DNA of 64,000 nucleotides from Pavona decussata (Eukaryota): NCBI GenBank assembly GCA_977016875.1, contig CDRNST010000228.1, positions 372,001 to 436,000 of the forward strand, read 5' to 3'. Shown piece by piece: positions 47,033 to 60,196 of this stretch (position 1 is its first letter; each line of letters starts with the position of its first letter). The notes under the pieces were generated by a model. It saw only the letters and a program-made list of their open reading frames with translations, ran no database searches and was not told where the DNA came from. The position numbers and the translations under genes were made by a program.

Positions 47033-50000
47033 TAATACAACTGAGTCAAATCCACTCAGCATATCTAAAATACTTTTGCACTTAGTAAAGGAAGCCCATA
47101 CCGACGACCACTATCAGTAAACATGGTACCTCATAACGGGCAGACAGTGAGCACACTTTAACTCATGTGATGAAAATTCCCAGATTTCCACGAAATATTA
47201 GTATGTGTGTGAAAGTTAATAACACGTTGGTTATCAAAAAGTGGACCTAGAACTTTAATAAAAAGGGGGGGCGTTTTTTTCCTGGGCATTTATTAAAAAA
47301 AAAAAAAAAAAAATTCAACGGCAGGAGAAGGTCTAGTTAACAGTCCTTTTAGTTATAAAATAAGAAATAACAACAGGAGATGCAGTACCTTGTGTGCCAT
47401 AATCCCAAGTCTGGTCTTAGCTTAAACCTGGAACACGCTCAAAGGTCTAAGGTGCCGTTATCTTTGCATAGCATCAAAATTCCACAAAATACGAGTATTA
47501 TATCCGCCGCCAACCACCCTCGGTTGCATGTATCCTGTTGTTCAATCGATGTCCGAATGAAAACTGATATGATATGTATCACGTGAATGCTATCAAGGAC
47601 ATCAAGCCACAAATCATTCGGCACAATATGGAATTCATGAATGAAAAACAAACCAACGAACCTAAAGCTACAAAAACAAGCTGTGCATTGCGTTGCATCA
47701 GCTTTCAGGCCTTGATTGTTGGCACAAAGAGTTCTTTCATTTTAATGGTTGGCACATTTAATAAATAAGAACAAGAATTCTATACGGTAAACAACGCTAT
47801 CGTGATCTTATTTCAAGCAAGCTACGTTGCAGGTCAGCATTTTAAAGTTGTCATGAAGACCATAATTGTTGAAACAGAGAATTTAATGGTTAGCAGAGAA
47901 AGCAAACAGAAAACATCGCTGCCGTGATCTTATTTCAAGCAATCCGCCTTGCAGTATCAGGCCACAGATTTTCATGAAGACCTTCATCTGCTCAATTAGA
48001 GGAACGATAAATTTCCCAAGTGGTTCTTAAGTGCCCATTGGAGGTAATTGTCGAACCGAGACTAATCTATCGGCATTTTTTCTTTCCCACGTTATCGTTG
48101 ATGTCATGACCGACGATATCAATTCACATCATTGTTCATTGTTGAATATTTTATTACACTTAAATATTTTATTACACTTATCTGCATGCAGGCAAGGCAT
48201 ATTTTAAAATCGTAAAAAAAGAAAAAAAAAAAGAAAAAAAAAAGCGATCTTTTCCAGATAAGAACGCACATATACCTCAAAACAACCTGTTCTATTTTAA
48301 AGTAACCAAAAAAGCATTCTTAGGTCCAGAAGTAACGTCATTTGTATATGCGTCTGCGTACTTTTTTCTGAAGATTTTAATGTCGTCGGTGTTGTAGTCA
48401 ATCTATCGTCGGTCACTTTAGTTTGCAAGAAAGGAAGTCTGTTCACCACGCTTTGGTTCCTAATTAAACCGATGCTGATCACCGAAGGACAACGATGGCG
48501 GCAAAAAAATCAAATTAGTCACAGTCAAAGCACCTCTAACCATAGTATAAAAAAAAGTTTCCACCATAAGTCTTGGAAAAGTTAAAACATTATTTGTGCA
48601 ACGGGCCACTTATAATTTTATACTGATTTCCCTTTTTTACACCCACTGTGACTTGCGAAGGAGATTTTAAATACAGACGGATGTTTTGGAATGAACAACA
48701 AAGAAAAAGAGGTCGAAGCAGCCCCCGGGAAAAGTTATCAACTGAGCCGGACGGTAAAAGCCGTTATTATAGTGTATTGTATCCGATATCCAGTCGCGAC
48801 AATGTCATTGGACGAATCCAGTGAAGCGAAACAAATTGGATGAAACTTACAGCAACAAACCATGATGGATGGTTTTCAAGTGAACCATCACTCGCGATTA
48901 TTAACATTCGATCGAACTGAATTTCCCGTCAATGTTATCACAATTCAACCATCTTAACGTGCGCTCCTGCACGATGAAGTAAACCGAGAACACCGTGAAA
49001 AGATTTCATTCAACTTTAGGAGATTTAACTTCGACAAACGTAAAATAAATTTCAGCAGATAAAAAAGTGAAACGTGAACTGAGTTGTAAGAGCTGGTGTC
49101 AAATAATCACCTGGCTTGTTATTTCGATATGAGAAATATCACTTATATTTGTCTTGAGAAACTCCTGGGGGATACGACCAATTCCATGATTTGTATACGA
49201 TTGAAATGGCCATAGCATCCACCGCATTTGTTACCGCCTTCCATTACGACAGTTTTTAAGATAAACAATAAAAAAAAGCTATATTGCGCTTTGAAACACA
49301 GTTCAGCGGCTCTTTGCAAACTCATACCACTACGCTCAATACCCACATTCATACATGTAGATAAATTCACCACACAATTATAACAATGTGATTGTCTAAT
49401 TGACCACTTGCTTTAGTTTTGGCAGTCTATCGGGCGAAGGTTCGGAGCCAATTAAGTCGGAACTTTAATGATTTGTTAGCTGAGAACGTAAATTGCCATT
49501 TAAACTTCTACTAGAAACGTTTGTAACACGGAGGTGAAACCAAGCATTCCTACACTGGGAAACATCCCTAGTTGCAGCGGCCCCTCAGTGAACATCAATT
49601 TAGTTATGCCATCTATTCATTGAAACGTTTCTCCGGTTTGAGTGGTCTTAAATTCAATTCAATTTATTGCTTCCATCACTAATACATGGTTGTTCATGAT
49701 AACTATACAATACTAAATAAAATAGTGATTAAGGAGTCTATAGAAAAGCAAAAAAAAAAGTGCTTCAGTTGAAGTTATAGATCCCTTCAGATTGAGGTCA
49801 ACTACAGCTTAGCTAGATAATTATTATTGACTAAAAATAGTTTTAATGATGAGAAATAGAATTGTTGACAATATTCATATATTCTTATATTCATATTTTC
49901 ACATATGGTACTACCACTAGTCAAGATTTCAAGAAAATTAAATTAAATTAAAATTAAATTAAAGAAAATTAAATTTGTCGTCTTATTGACGACAATTTGA

Positions 50001-53000
50001 AATATGAGAAATTGAAAGTCCAGTTCGTTTTCAGCTTTTGCTGTGGAGATAAGATCAAGACAATTTTACTGCTCTCGTGCAGGAACTGCGACTACAGTAG
50101 GGCACTGTATATGGTCACGTTCTGAAATACAGTTCAGCCTACTCCCAACGCTACACACAATAACCACATTTATAGGGAAATTCACAAGTAACAATTCGAT
50201 TGTCCAATTGACCACTTGCTTGAGTTTTAACAATATTTCCCGTGATCTATAAGGTTTGCGGCGAAGAGAGTGACTAAATGGTTTGTTAACAGAGGAGGTA
50301 AATTGTCATTTGAACTTAATCTACAAGAAACCCATGTGCCCACAGCATTCCATGTCGTTTAATTTAGACTGGGAATATCCCTTGTCTGAGCGGCCCCTCA
50401 GTATAAACATCGATAATTTCGTTATGTCATCTATTTATTCGAAAATTTCTCCGATTTGAGTGATCTTACTCACTACAATTTAAAATGTGAGAAATTGAAA
50501 GTTCAGCTCCTGTTTGTCTTTAGCTATGGAATAATCCATTCGATTACCTGCATTGATAATAATGATTACTCTCCTCGTGCACGAAGTGCCCGTAGGACAT
50601 TTTAACTTTGCAGTTCTAGAAAAAAATGAATGGAACTTTGCTATTTATCTTAAGTTTTCATCGGCCTGGAGCCATCTAGCTTATGAACTAGATCTGCGTT
50701 CATCACGGAGATACCTTGCAATTGAAACTGATCACTGCCATAGCCTAAGAGTACATCAGTTGCTTTCGAGAATTATTTTCGGTGGCCAGCACTGTGCAAA
50801 TTTCCAACTGAATATAAAAATGCAGAGCCAGCTTAACAGGACCATGATTTGTGGGATAAAAGAGGGTGCAAAACAAACGTCGCTAAAGACCCCAACGTCA
50901 GGACTAAGAGAAGGACACAATCTGATCGGAGCCTTCATTAATGACCTTTCCCTTGCATTGTGGAGCGGATAAATGAACCAAAACTATGCATTGTACAGTT
51001 GTTTTTATCAAGTATATTTTGGAAAAATGCGCTGTTCTTTACTTTAATTTGCACAGTGGAGGCAAAAAAAAAAAAATGAAATTGTTTAACCCTCTAGATT
51101 CAGTTCTAAGTCAAGCCATATCATCGCGGAGTAGGATTCTCAGTACGGTAGCTACGGGTGTATTAACCCGCAACGCTTCAAAAGTCATGGAAAATGGACC
51201 AAAATTTATATAACAACGTACGTCTCATTTCTGATTATAGTGACGTTATGATACGTGTCTTGGAGGACTGTTCCGAGGCAAGCAATTTGACTTTTTCCAT
51301 AGCATTGTGGTTTACAGACTGAGGCAATTTTGACAAACTTTTGGTGCCTTTTGCATGTCTCGTTTTAATTCTGAGCCGACTATTATTGTAGATTAAGTCT
51401 TGCGGCCAATGCTAGACATAAACATACATTTGAAATCCCGCGCAGTCTTCATCTTTATTTATTAGTTGTGAGAGATTTAATTTATTTCAATCTGCATCTC
51501 CGCCGCGCTTCAGATGCCCAGAGCAACATCGGATCTTTACTGACAACATTAACTCCCGAAATTTGACTTCGCGTGCAAAATCATATCACTAACACTGAAA
51601 CGAATGAGACACCATCGTCTATTCGTACATGTGAATTGAAGAAGACATTTCCAAAATAAACTGTTCTTCATTCCATTCCACTACACTTGCCGTTAGAAAT
51701 ACTATCCTATTTGAAGAACGCAGACAAGACGATCCGATAATCGAAGATATTGAATCAACACAACGGCCAAAAAATATATCGCCACGCAGAGGTAACTGGC
51801 TTAGCAGCTGACTGATCAACCAGGTCCATTTTTATGAAACGAAACAGCTGTACAAGTTTTTAAAAGATATATCTGAAAGTAAAATATATGTCATTTTACC
51901 AGTGTAATGTGTTTGGGAAATAAGGCTTTGAAAGTTGAAAGTGAAGCCTATAGTTCGGTCGACATCAAAATGAACTTGAGCATGATCACTCCGTTTTCTT
52001 TGGGCTCAACTGTACCAAGACAAGCAACTCTTCATGTAAACAACGGATTAGTTTATCAAAGAAACCTGGAAACGTTTCCTCGCCCTAAGGTCACAAAATA
52101 CGAATCCTCTCTCAGAATTAAAACTTTAATGAAGCAATTTATCATACCAACTACAGTAAACAGATGATATTTCGTTTTTCAAACTTTTACAGGAAAAGTG
52201 AGAAAACTGAACCAAGCAAGCCGAAAACATCATATTTAAACGTTGCAACAGCACGAGGTTCTAATTTAAGATTTCATCCAAATGCTACATCGGACCAGAA
52301 GCGAAATATATGTATTGTATCTCGAAATCATATATCTTGTCCTTAAAATAATTATACAGACAAACAATTAAAGACGGGATTTATTCGAGTTTTATTTGGC
52401 GGACAATGAATGCCGGAGACAAGAAAACTAAAAAAAAAAAAAAGAAAGAAAAGATTTAGTAACGTTAAATCTGAGTTACCGTTTGTCACAGAGAAGAGAT
52501 AATCCACAATTAAAGAAAGGGAATTAAAATTCGGTGTTGTGTATAAAACGATAGATTTCTGCTGCCCTGGAACTCCAGATTTAAGGGAACAATCTACGTA
52601 AGACATTCAAGATGAAAATATCAGTTCAACATGGCCACCTCAGTTTCTTGTCTCTTCCAGTGGAGAACAGTTTATTCTCAACTAGCTCTCATTGAAGCTC
52701 TCAGTTCAACCAGTTAAAAAAAGATAAACAAGTTGTTTCCGACACGCTCATATGAACAGCCAAGACATTTAACACTTAAACTGTGCACTATTTAATGTGT
52801 GCCCATGTAGTGTGAGGAGGGTACGCGAACAAAGATTGCAGTTTGATTGCATGATACATGCGGCCAAATTATCTGTTCCGAGTAATAATTCTACTCTACA
52901 TGCTTAAGCAACTAACAAATGCTTCTTGACTAACGTGCTACGATAAAGTACTAAAGTACCTGTATTCATGCATTTATTGATGCTGTTACACACCTATGCG

Positions 53001-55471
53001 AAGAACTACTTGAATGTTTTCTGTAGCTCACTGGCCCACACTTTTAGCATCCAGTACGATCTCAATACGGCAGCAATGGCGGATTCAGCCAGCTCCTTCC
53101 AATGCCAGTTTAATATGACGTTCTGAACTAACGGAGGGATCAGTCCAGTTGCACCTAAAACGCAAGTTAGCCGGTGCACACAAATTAGCAGATTCTAAAC
53201 AGACATTATGGCTTTCACAACAGGGTTGTTCCATGAACAGAACAATCACGACACAACTGACAAAAAAATCGTCCCAACCCAGTTTATGCGTTTACAAGAT
53301 GTCCATACTGAACGCAAGCCCGATGCGGCTTCGCTAAAACTTTTACACCTTTGACAAATTCCAAATACTGACTACTGCTTAATGACCTCAAGTTGCATTT
53401 ACCATCCAATAAGTTTAAAATACTACCCAAAACAACAACTTTGAAGGATCATCACATTGTTAGAAATATCGTCTGCTTGCAATTTAGCCAAGCAAAACGA
53501 AACGCTTTGCTGGCAAATACTGAGAGGCGGACCATTCCGTTGATCCAAAACACTCCCAACGACAAAACGACTATATCTGTGTTGTAATATTTTACTCAAA
53601 CCGAATGTTCTGGAATTTAGGCTACATAAATTTAGCGTTATTTACACCAACTAGGAAATTTACATCAACATTGACAATTTGCAGACAGTATGACTAGATT
53701 TCCAAAAGGTGCTTTCTATAAAACACAACCAGTTCATTTTTTTTTAAATTTGATACTTCAGTCGAAATCGATTTTAAAAAGACTGAAATTATCTCCAAAT
53801 GGTTCATCAACTTTCTTCTGCTCGACAGACGAAAGATTGAATTTCAAGAATAGAAAAGCTACCAGCCAATATGCAGTATAAATTAACTTATCATGATTCA
53901 AATATCACAAAAATTGCTTTCCATCAATTTCTTTCTGATTTTATGATTTGGCAGCCAACAACTTTGCAAGGGTTTCAACAAAAACGTGACGCTCCCCATT
54001 TTATTGCGCTCCCAAGTTTATCGTTAGTTAGAAACGAACAATACGAAAAAAAATCCTGAGCCCCAGGGAATTGCTAGCAGCACTAGAGCTTGGAATCGTC
54101 TGGTACACGCGAATTGACGAGGGCTTGGAAAAGGTAGCTTAATTTCTTTCAGAATGGTATTTTAAAACAGGTATGCATCAAATTTAATAAGACTCTTACC
54201 AGAACATCTTTGAAAGTCGCTCTGTACTGTGTCCGGCGTCACCTTGCAGATATTTCGCACGTGCAGGATTGTCGACGCACCCTCGAATTCCAAACTATAA
54301 GTCACGATATCATGCGTGGGTGTCTGTGCTTGAAGGTATTGCCTCGAATTTTAAAGAATTTTGGTTTCAACTCAGCAGAAGCTTCAACTCGTCCTCCACT
54401 TTCGATCTGCTTGTGTACAGAATAAGTCAAAGCTCAGGTTGATCAACAGTAACAGTGGTAAACTGATATTACCGTCACGTACACAAAGCAAGTTGTTTTT
54501 TTTCAGTTGATTTCATGGGATTTTATTGGACGGCTGGCTGTAGCTAAAAAAAGACTCCACAAAAGAAAAGAAAACAAAAAAGAAAAAGCTGCGTTAAATG
54601 AATTTAATGACCTTATAAATGTATGAAAAAAAAAAAAAATCGATTGAACTAATATAAAATATAAAAATAGAACGTCGTCTGGTTAGAACATTTAGTAAAG
54701 TGCCGCGTTGTCAGTAAACTGGGTGTCCGAAGTTCTATCCCCCGGGCCTTCCTAGAACGAAGAGCCTGGCCTCCAAATGACCAATAAAGAAGGCACAGTT
54801 GACTTAGTTTCTCTATATATCTTTTTTAAGACACTTGCTTGCTGGATGTTCTCGTAGCTGGGAGGAGGATGACATACAGAAAGTGGGTTTTAAGAATTAA
54901 AAACAAAACCACTGAACACATAACTGACCCTGTTGTCATTCGTTTGTTCATGGGATGGGTGGGTGACATGCGATAGCTCGGCAGCGTTTGCTTGAGGGCG
55001 CTGATGCCCGGTTTGGGACTGTTTCACTTTGGTGGTAAAACCATCTGTTTCGGTGGGAAAGCAAATGAAGAGCGTTTTCGAAACGGAAACGTTTCGGACG
55101 AAAAAACAATAAAATACTTTCTGCTGGCTGTTACCGAAAGAAGCAGACATTCCTGTTCCAATTGATTAAATCAGACCGTTTGGTCTGCTCGTGACAAAGA
55201 CTTTGGCGAGAACTCAATTAAGCATAGAACGCCAAATGTCAGGTTTCAATGTTATCGTGCACGCCTCTTGACTAGTGGAAAGTAAAATTGATCCGATTTT
55301 TTAAGCTTGAAGTTATTTATTTCCCTAAAATCCTCTCACCGGAAACGGAGGATTTGAACATGCGTCAACGCCAAGAACAATTCAGTTTTTTTTTTTCCCA
55401 TTCAGTTCCCAGCAATGCTCAAATAAAGGGAGCTTTATAAAAATGCAAACCCTTGAAAAGAAAAAGAAAAT

Positions 55472-55685
55472 GAAATTCTAGATTCTGCCTCTACTAAATT
55501 TAAACTTAAACTCAGAGGCTATGCATACGAACTGGGAAAAGCCCATTCCCTCTTTGCTTTTAATTTCTGTATATCATTATATTTAATTATGCATGCTTCT
55601 ACAGGTTGTTATAAATTCAAACTGTTTTTCAAACACTTTTTGCAACTGACGAAGATATGAGTCACATCGAAACATGTTTTACAAA
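55472..55685 (+). mobile_element. Decayed Penelope 3' remnant with hammerhead motif
   Basis: EILDSASTKFKLKL/EAMHTNWEKP (GIY-YIG C-terminus, frameshifted), then TTTGCAA-CTGACGA-A-GAT...ATC-GAAACATGTT-TTACAAA at 55639-55685. Confidence 0.65.
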
Positions 55686-55757
55686 TTAAAAAAAAAAATC
55701 GTTATAATGAATGAAAAGCACTGTCAGCTGCATAAATTATATATGTCAAAAAAGTTA

Positions 55758-55858
55758 CAGTCGACTCCCGCTAACTCGAACCCTCGCTAACTCGAACTCC
55801 CGATAACTCGAACCTTTTTCAATTTTCCTTGAAGGTTCGAGTTATCGGGAGTCGACTG
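55758..55858. mobile_element. Tc1/mariner (pogo-like) MITE
   Basis: TIR CAGTCGACTCCCG / CGGGAGTCGACTG, TA target duplication, tandem TAACTCGAAC subrepeats. Confidence 0.85.
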
Positions 55859-57405
55859 TATATGTGAACGCGTGATATGAGTTAAATATGAAGAAAAAAG
55901 AAAACACCAAGCAAATAAGTGAAAGCAATGAAAATGAAATTGTATACTGAACTTTGAATGTGCGTTCTCAAGTTTTGAATGTACTGCTATGTAGTAACTC
56001 ATTACTGCCAAAAGAAATGACAAAATAAACAGATAATGAAAGGATGCAGTTTAAAAGAAAAAGAAAGCTAACAAGCATGCAAAGAGAGACAGACAAGGGT
56101 AAAAATAAATAAAAGAAAAGAGAAAAAAAAAAGGGGGGGGGGGGGGGTTCCCAGGGATTAATTTCTCAATTGTAGTAGTGTCCACTAGTAGGCTATAGAC
56201 TGAGTTAGCTTGATTCAAAGGTGGACGTTCAATTTTTGCAGCTACAGTAGTTTCACCTGTGGAGCCCGACTCCAGAGTCACTCAACACGCTCTCCTGGTG
56301 CTGTTTCTCACTAGATGCATTTCTATTGCCTCTTGAGACAACGACGCCGAAAATTATGCTTAATAAATGGAAGAGATACTTTCCCCACGGACAATAATCG
56401 TCCATCTTTTTACTCGTTTTCACCAACAAAGAAATCAAAGGCGAAACATTCCAAAACGGTCAGCCCCAGGTACTGTTTTCGAGCAGTTTCAACATCTTCG
56501 CGATAAATAGTGGCGGCCAAGTAGATTGCACTCACTTTCCCATAAGCAGGAAACAACTATGACGCAAAATTTTGAATTCCAGAGGGCAGTCGTCGGAATT
56601 GATGACTTTCTTAAAACCGCTAGGATGCTCAAACCACTAACCTACAAGGAGACGTCACGTGACATGAGCTATGCCATTTGTTCTTTGCAACTTGCTAGTG
56701 TGGTTCAGTCAATGAACGTTCTGAACACAAAGACTATTACGAAAAGATGCTTTCGAGATTTTTTTTTTTTTTTTTTTGCTTTTGCTTACTATACAAACAC
56801 CCGCCATTCACTCTCGTAAATGCAGGTATTATACCTGAGCTAATTACACACAAGATTTCAAATTGTCAGGATTCAACTGAAACTATCCTCTAACAAGTCT
56901 ATGAATGCCAGTGTTTTAACCTAGCTTTTTCATTATCTACCCCAGAACAATATCAAGGGGCAATATCATCAGAGAGGGGGGAGGGTGGGGGAGTTGACAA
57001 AATGTATTCAAACGTATACTAAGAGAGATAATTTTATTAAACATTTCAAATAATTCCTTCGTGCTATACGCCTACGCAATCAGCTTGTATGCAGTGTCCC
57101 TTGCATCTGCAAAGATAACTGCGATATCCTGATGTACAATCTCACACGTGACTTTTCACTGGAAGCTTATAACTGTGTTCGTTTTTATTTCAAAAGGAAA
57201 ACAACAAAGACTAGGCGAGCTGAGATTCTTGACTTGTGAATATACAACAAAATAAACTCAAAAGGAAACTCTAACGGAAAAATAGAACGAGTTGAGGAAG
57301 GCGTCACTAAATTTTATTCGCTCAGCGGTGGGATAAAAACTACTATCACTCGTCGGAACAGGAATATAAAAAAAGCTGCTCTTGTAGTTATTGCTGTCGT
57401 TCTTT

Positions 57406-59977
57406 TTATTGCAGGAGGTGAGATCGCTTCTTTCTTCCGTGGCAACATGTCGGTGCACAAGCCTTGATGCAAGTGTGAACGCAGACGGGTGGGCATGGGG
57501 GCATTCCACCGGGTGGTGCTGGGGGACCAGGCAGTCCCGGAGCTCCTGGGGGACCCATTGGTCCGAGATCACCGGGAGGTCCCTGGAGGGAAGAGAACAC
57601 AGTCATCAAAAATTTAAACCAATGAGATGTATTTATACACAGTGGGGAGTCTCTAAAGAGGGCTTATTTCAAGACCAACAGCGAAGTATGCGTGCGAAAC
57701 GCGAGCAGGCGTCAGTTAAATAAAAAAAAAAAAGTTTTATACTGGTAGTTTACAAGCTGGGCCATTGGTTTTACACAGGCGCAAAAACAAAAACAAAAAC
57801 AAAAAAATCAAAAACTAGTTCCTTAGCATCGATAAAGACTTCCAACAAAGTTTATTGAATTCATTTTCTGTCAAGCATGTAATGAAATGGGCCCAGATTG
57901 TTAGCTACAAGTGTAAATGTTATATCATTGTGTTTCTCGCAGGGCGTAGAGCGCAAATAAAACCAGAAAAACTTTGTGTGTGATGTGATAACGTAAGGTG
58001 CAAATGACAGAATAGAATAGCACGAAGCTAAGTGCATTATTTATTTAAGTGAACATTTGCGGGCCTCAGCAAAACTAAAGAACAAATTGACAATTTTGAT
58101 TAAGGAAATGAACTAAATTTTGACCAGTAATCTTTTCAATTTAGGATAGCCAAACGTCGCAACAAGTCTAAATTGAACTTGTACCAAAACATGCCAAAAT
58201 GTTTGATTAATGACAACAAAACTTACTTGGTGTCCAGATGGTCCAGGTGGTCCCATGGGGCCATCACGTCCTGGGGGTCCAGCAGGGGCACCGGGGAGTC
58301 CAGGGAGACCGGGTGGGCCGGGAAGTCCGGGAGGTCCTGGGGGTCCTTTAGGACCATCGGGACCGGAAGGGCCAGCCATACCCATAGGACCATCAGGGCC
58401 AGGGGGACCTGGTGGGGGAGGCGGCGGTGGGGGTGGTGGTGGTGGAAGTGGTGGAAGTGGAGGTGGTGGTGGAGGTGCGCAACATACCGCTGTACATGAC
58501 GGGGCGCAAGATCCGGGACAACCGGGCGGACATGGGTTTGGACTTCTTTTGAATATACCTTGGCAAATATAAAGAGAAAAAAAGAAATAACATTCATCAG
58601 ATATGAGCGAGTTAGAGTACAAGTAGAGCAATTGCTGTTAGGAAAATGCTTAATCTTTCGTGACTCTTTTAATTGCAAGAGTGTTCAACATATAATTTCT
58701 CCCTGCAAAATAATACTTTTTTTAATGAAATATGTAATGCCAATACCAAGCAAGAAGTAGGAAAGAGCCTTGATGCAATGTCAAATTCTCACAATTTACG
58801 CCGTGCGAAATAAATAACGCGAGGAAGGAGAATTACTACTTTCCGCGCCCAGGATAGACCGGATACACACTTGTCAAAAAGAAAACGATTCACTGCTCTT
58901 TCAGCACGAGAACATTAAAACCTATTCAACTAAAATTTCGGCAAGGGGAAATACAACAAAGTGGAATTATAGAAAGTGAAAAAAATCCTTGTATGAACGA
59001 ATGGAAACCACCTCTGAAGATACGATGAATTGTTAATAACATGAAACAGGTCTGTTTTGAAACGGCCGGAGAATTTGAACGTAAATACATCCTATTTAGA
59101 AATATTTGGACTCAGAACAGCTATTTTAACAGAAGAAAATTCCATGTTGTAAAATGGTGAATTCGTGGTCCCTTCACGGTCTAATATATAGCCTTTGTAA
59201 AAGTGGAAAACCCCCATTATCTTTCTGCAAGGAGCGGATTTCACGGCCAATGAACAGTATTCAGCTTCAATGATATCACTTTTTAAAATCGAGTTTTTTT
59301 ATTAGGATGGCACAAAGTACAATTACTTTAGGCCACTTTGGCGATGTTCTCCTGAAATTGAATTCGACTCTGAAACGATGCAATCCACAACTTACTTTTC
59401 TTGACCTCTCGGTTTGATTTTCACATCAGCTTTGTGGTTAAAATATTTAATTGTCTAGTGCTGGGTTAAAGTTCCCCTAAATGACCGAATGTAATTTTTT
59501 ACTCCAACGACTAAATATTTCCGTGATAAAAACTAAGGAAAAAATATAACGTTTGGCTAAATGAATAATTCCCACTGACTTAAGAACACACTAATCCAAT
59601 TTTAAATACAAGCCAGCCGTTCACAAAGTATAAACATTTCAGACCTTTTCGCTGCTTTTGTATAAAATGAAATGTCGATTACGATTCACCAGCAAATTTA
59701 ATATCCAGTATCACTCCTCGTCGTTGAAGAATTTCTCTTGATGGATCAGTTCTCCTTAGATTCCTCAATTCACCATATCATTGGCCAGTTGACAGTTGCT
59801 TATTTCGACTCTCAGTAAAGTTAATAAAACCCGTATTATGAAAAAAAATATGAACTGATATTGCAGTTAGAAACCCTAGCACAGAGATAACAACAACTTA
59901 CTTCCTCGGTGTGTTGATTTAGCAGTTACTGAGACAACCACGAATAAGAGGGAGCAAAAGACCAGCCTGAAATCCAT
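57406..59977 (-). CDS. NCol: Nematocyst minicollagen B (194 aa); exons 59977-59902, 58558-58227, 57582-57406
   Basis: Signal [21 protein letters not shown] site, [21 protein letters not shown], poly-Pro, 14+13 Gly-X-Y split by Ala, [21 protein letters not shown], tail [11 protein letters not shown]; GT-AG introns, phases 1 and 0. Confidence 0.93.
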
Positions 59978-60182
59978 GGCTAAGCCTAAAAGGAAATACG
60001 AGCAAAATAAGTTTTGATATTTTACCCGATCAGTCGATACATCAGGTTATGTCTTACAAGTCAGAAGCACAAAAGGCAGATATGTCAATAGAAGTAAAGT
60101 TATCTCTCACCTTTTCAGTACCAGATATTCCACTATATGCGGCCGCTATTGTCCGATCAGTAGTTTTATGCGAGCCTGCCGG

Positions 60183-60196
60183 TCATTAATTAATGA
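60183..60196. promoter_or_regulatory. Candidate POU-IV/homeodomain site upstream of minicollagen B
   Basis: Palindrome TCATTAATTAATGA about 73 bp upstream of the putative 5'UTR exon donor at 60110, next to a TATA-like CATAAAA on the minus strand. Confidence 0.4.

Noticed and set aside
58173-58678. Gly-rich, His-rich and Trp-rich ORFs overlapping minicollagen B (and equivalents at 37743-37975)
   Set aside because: Antisense or alternate-frame shadows of the Pro/Gly-rich coding exon.
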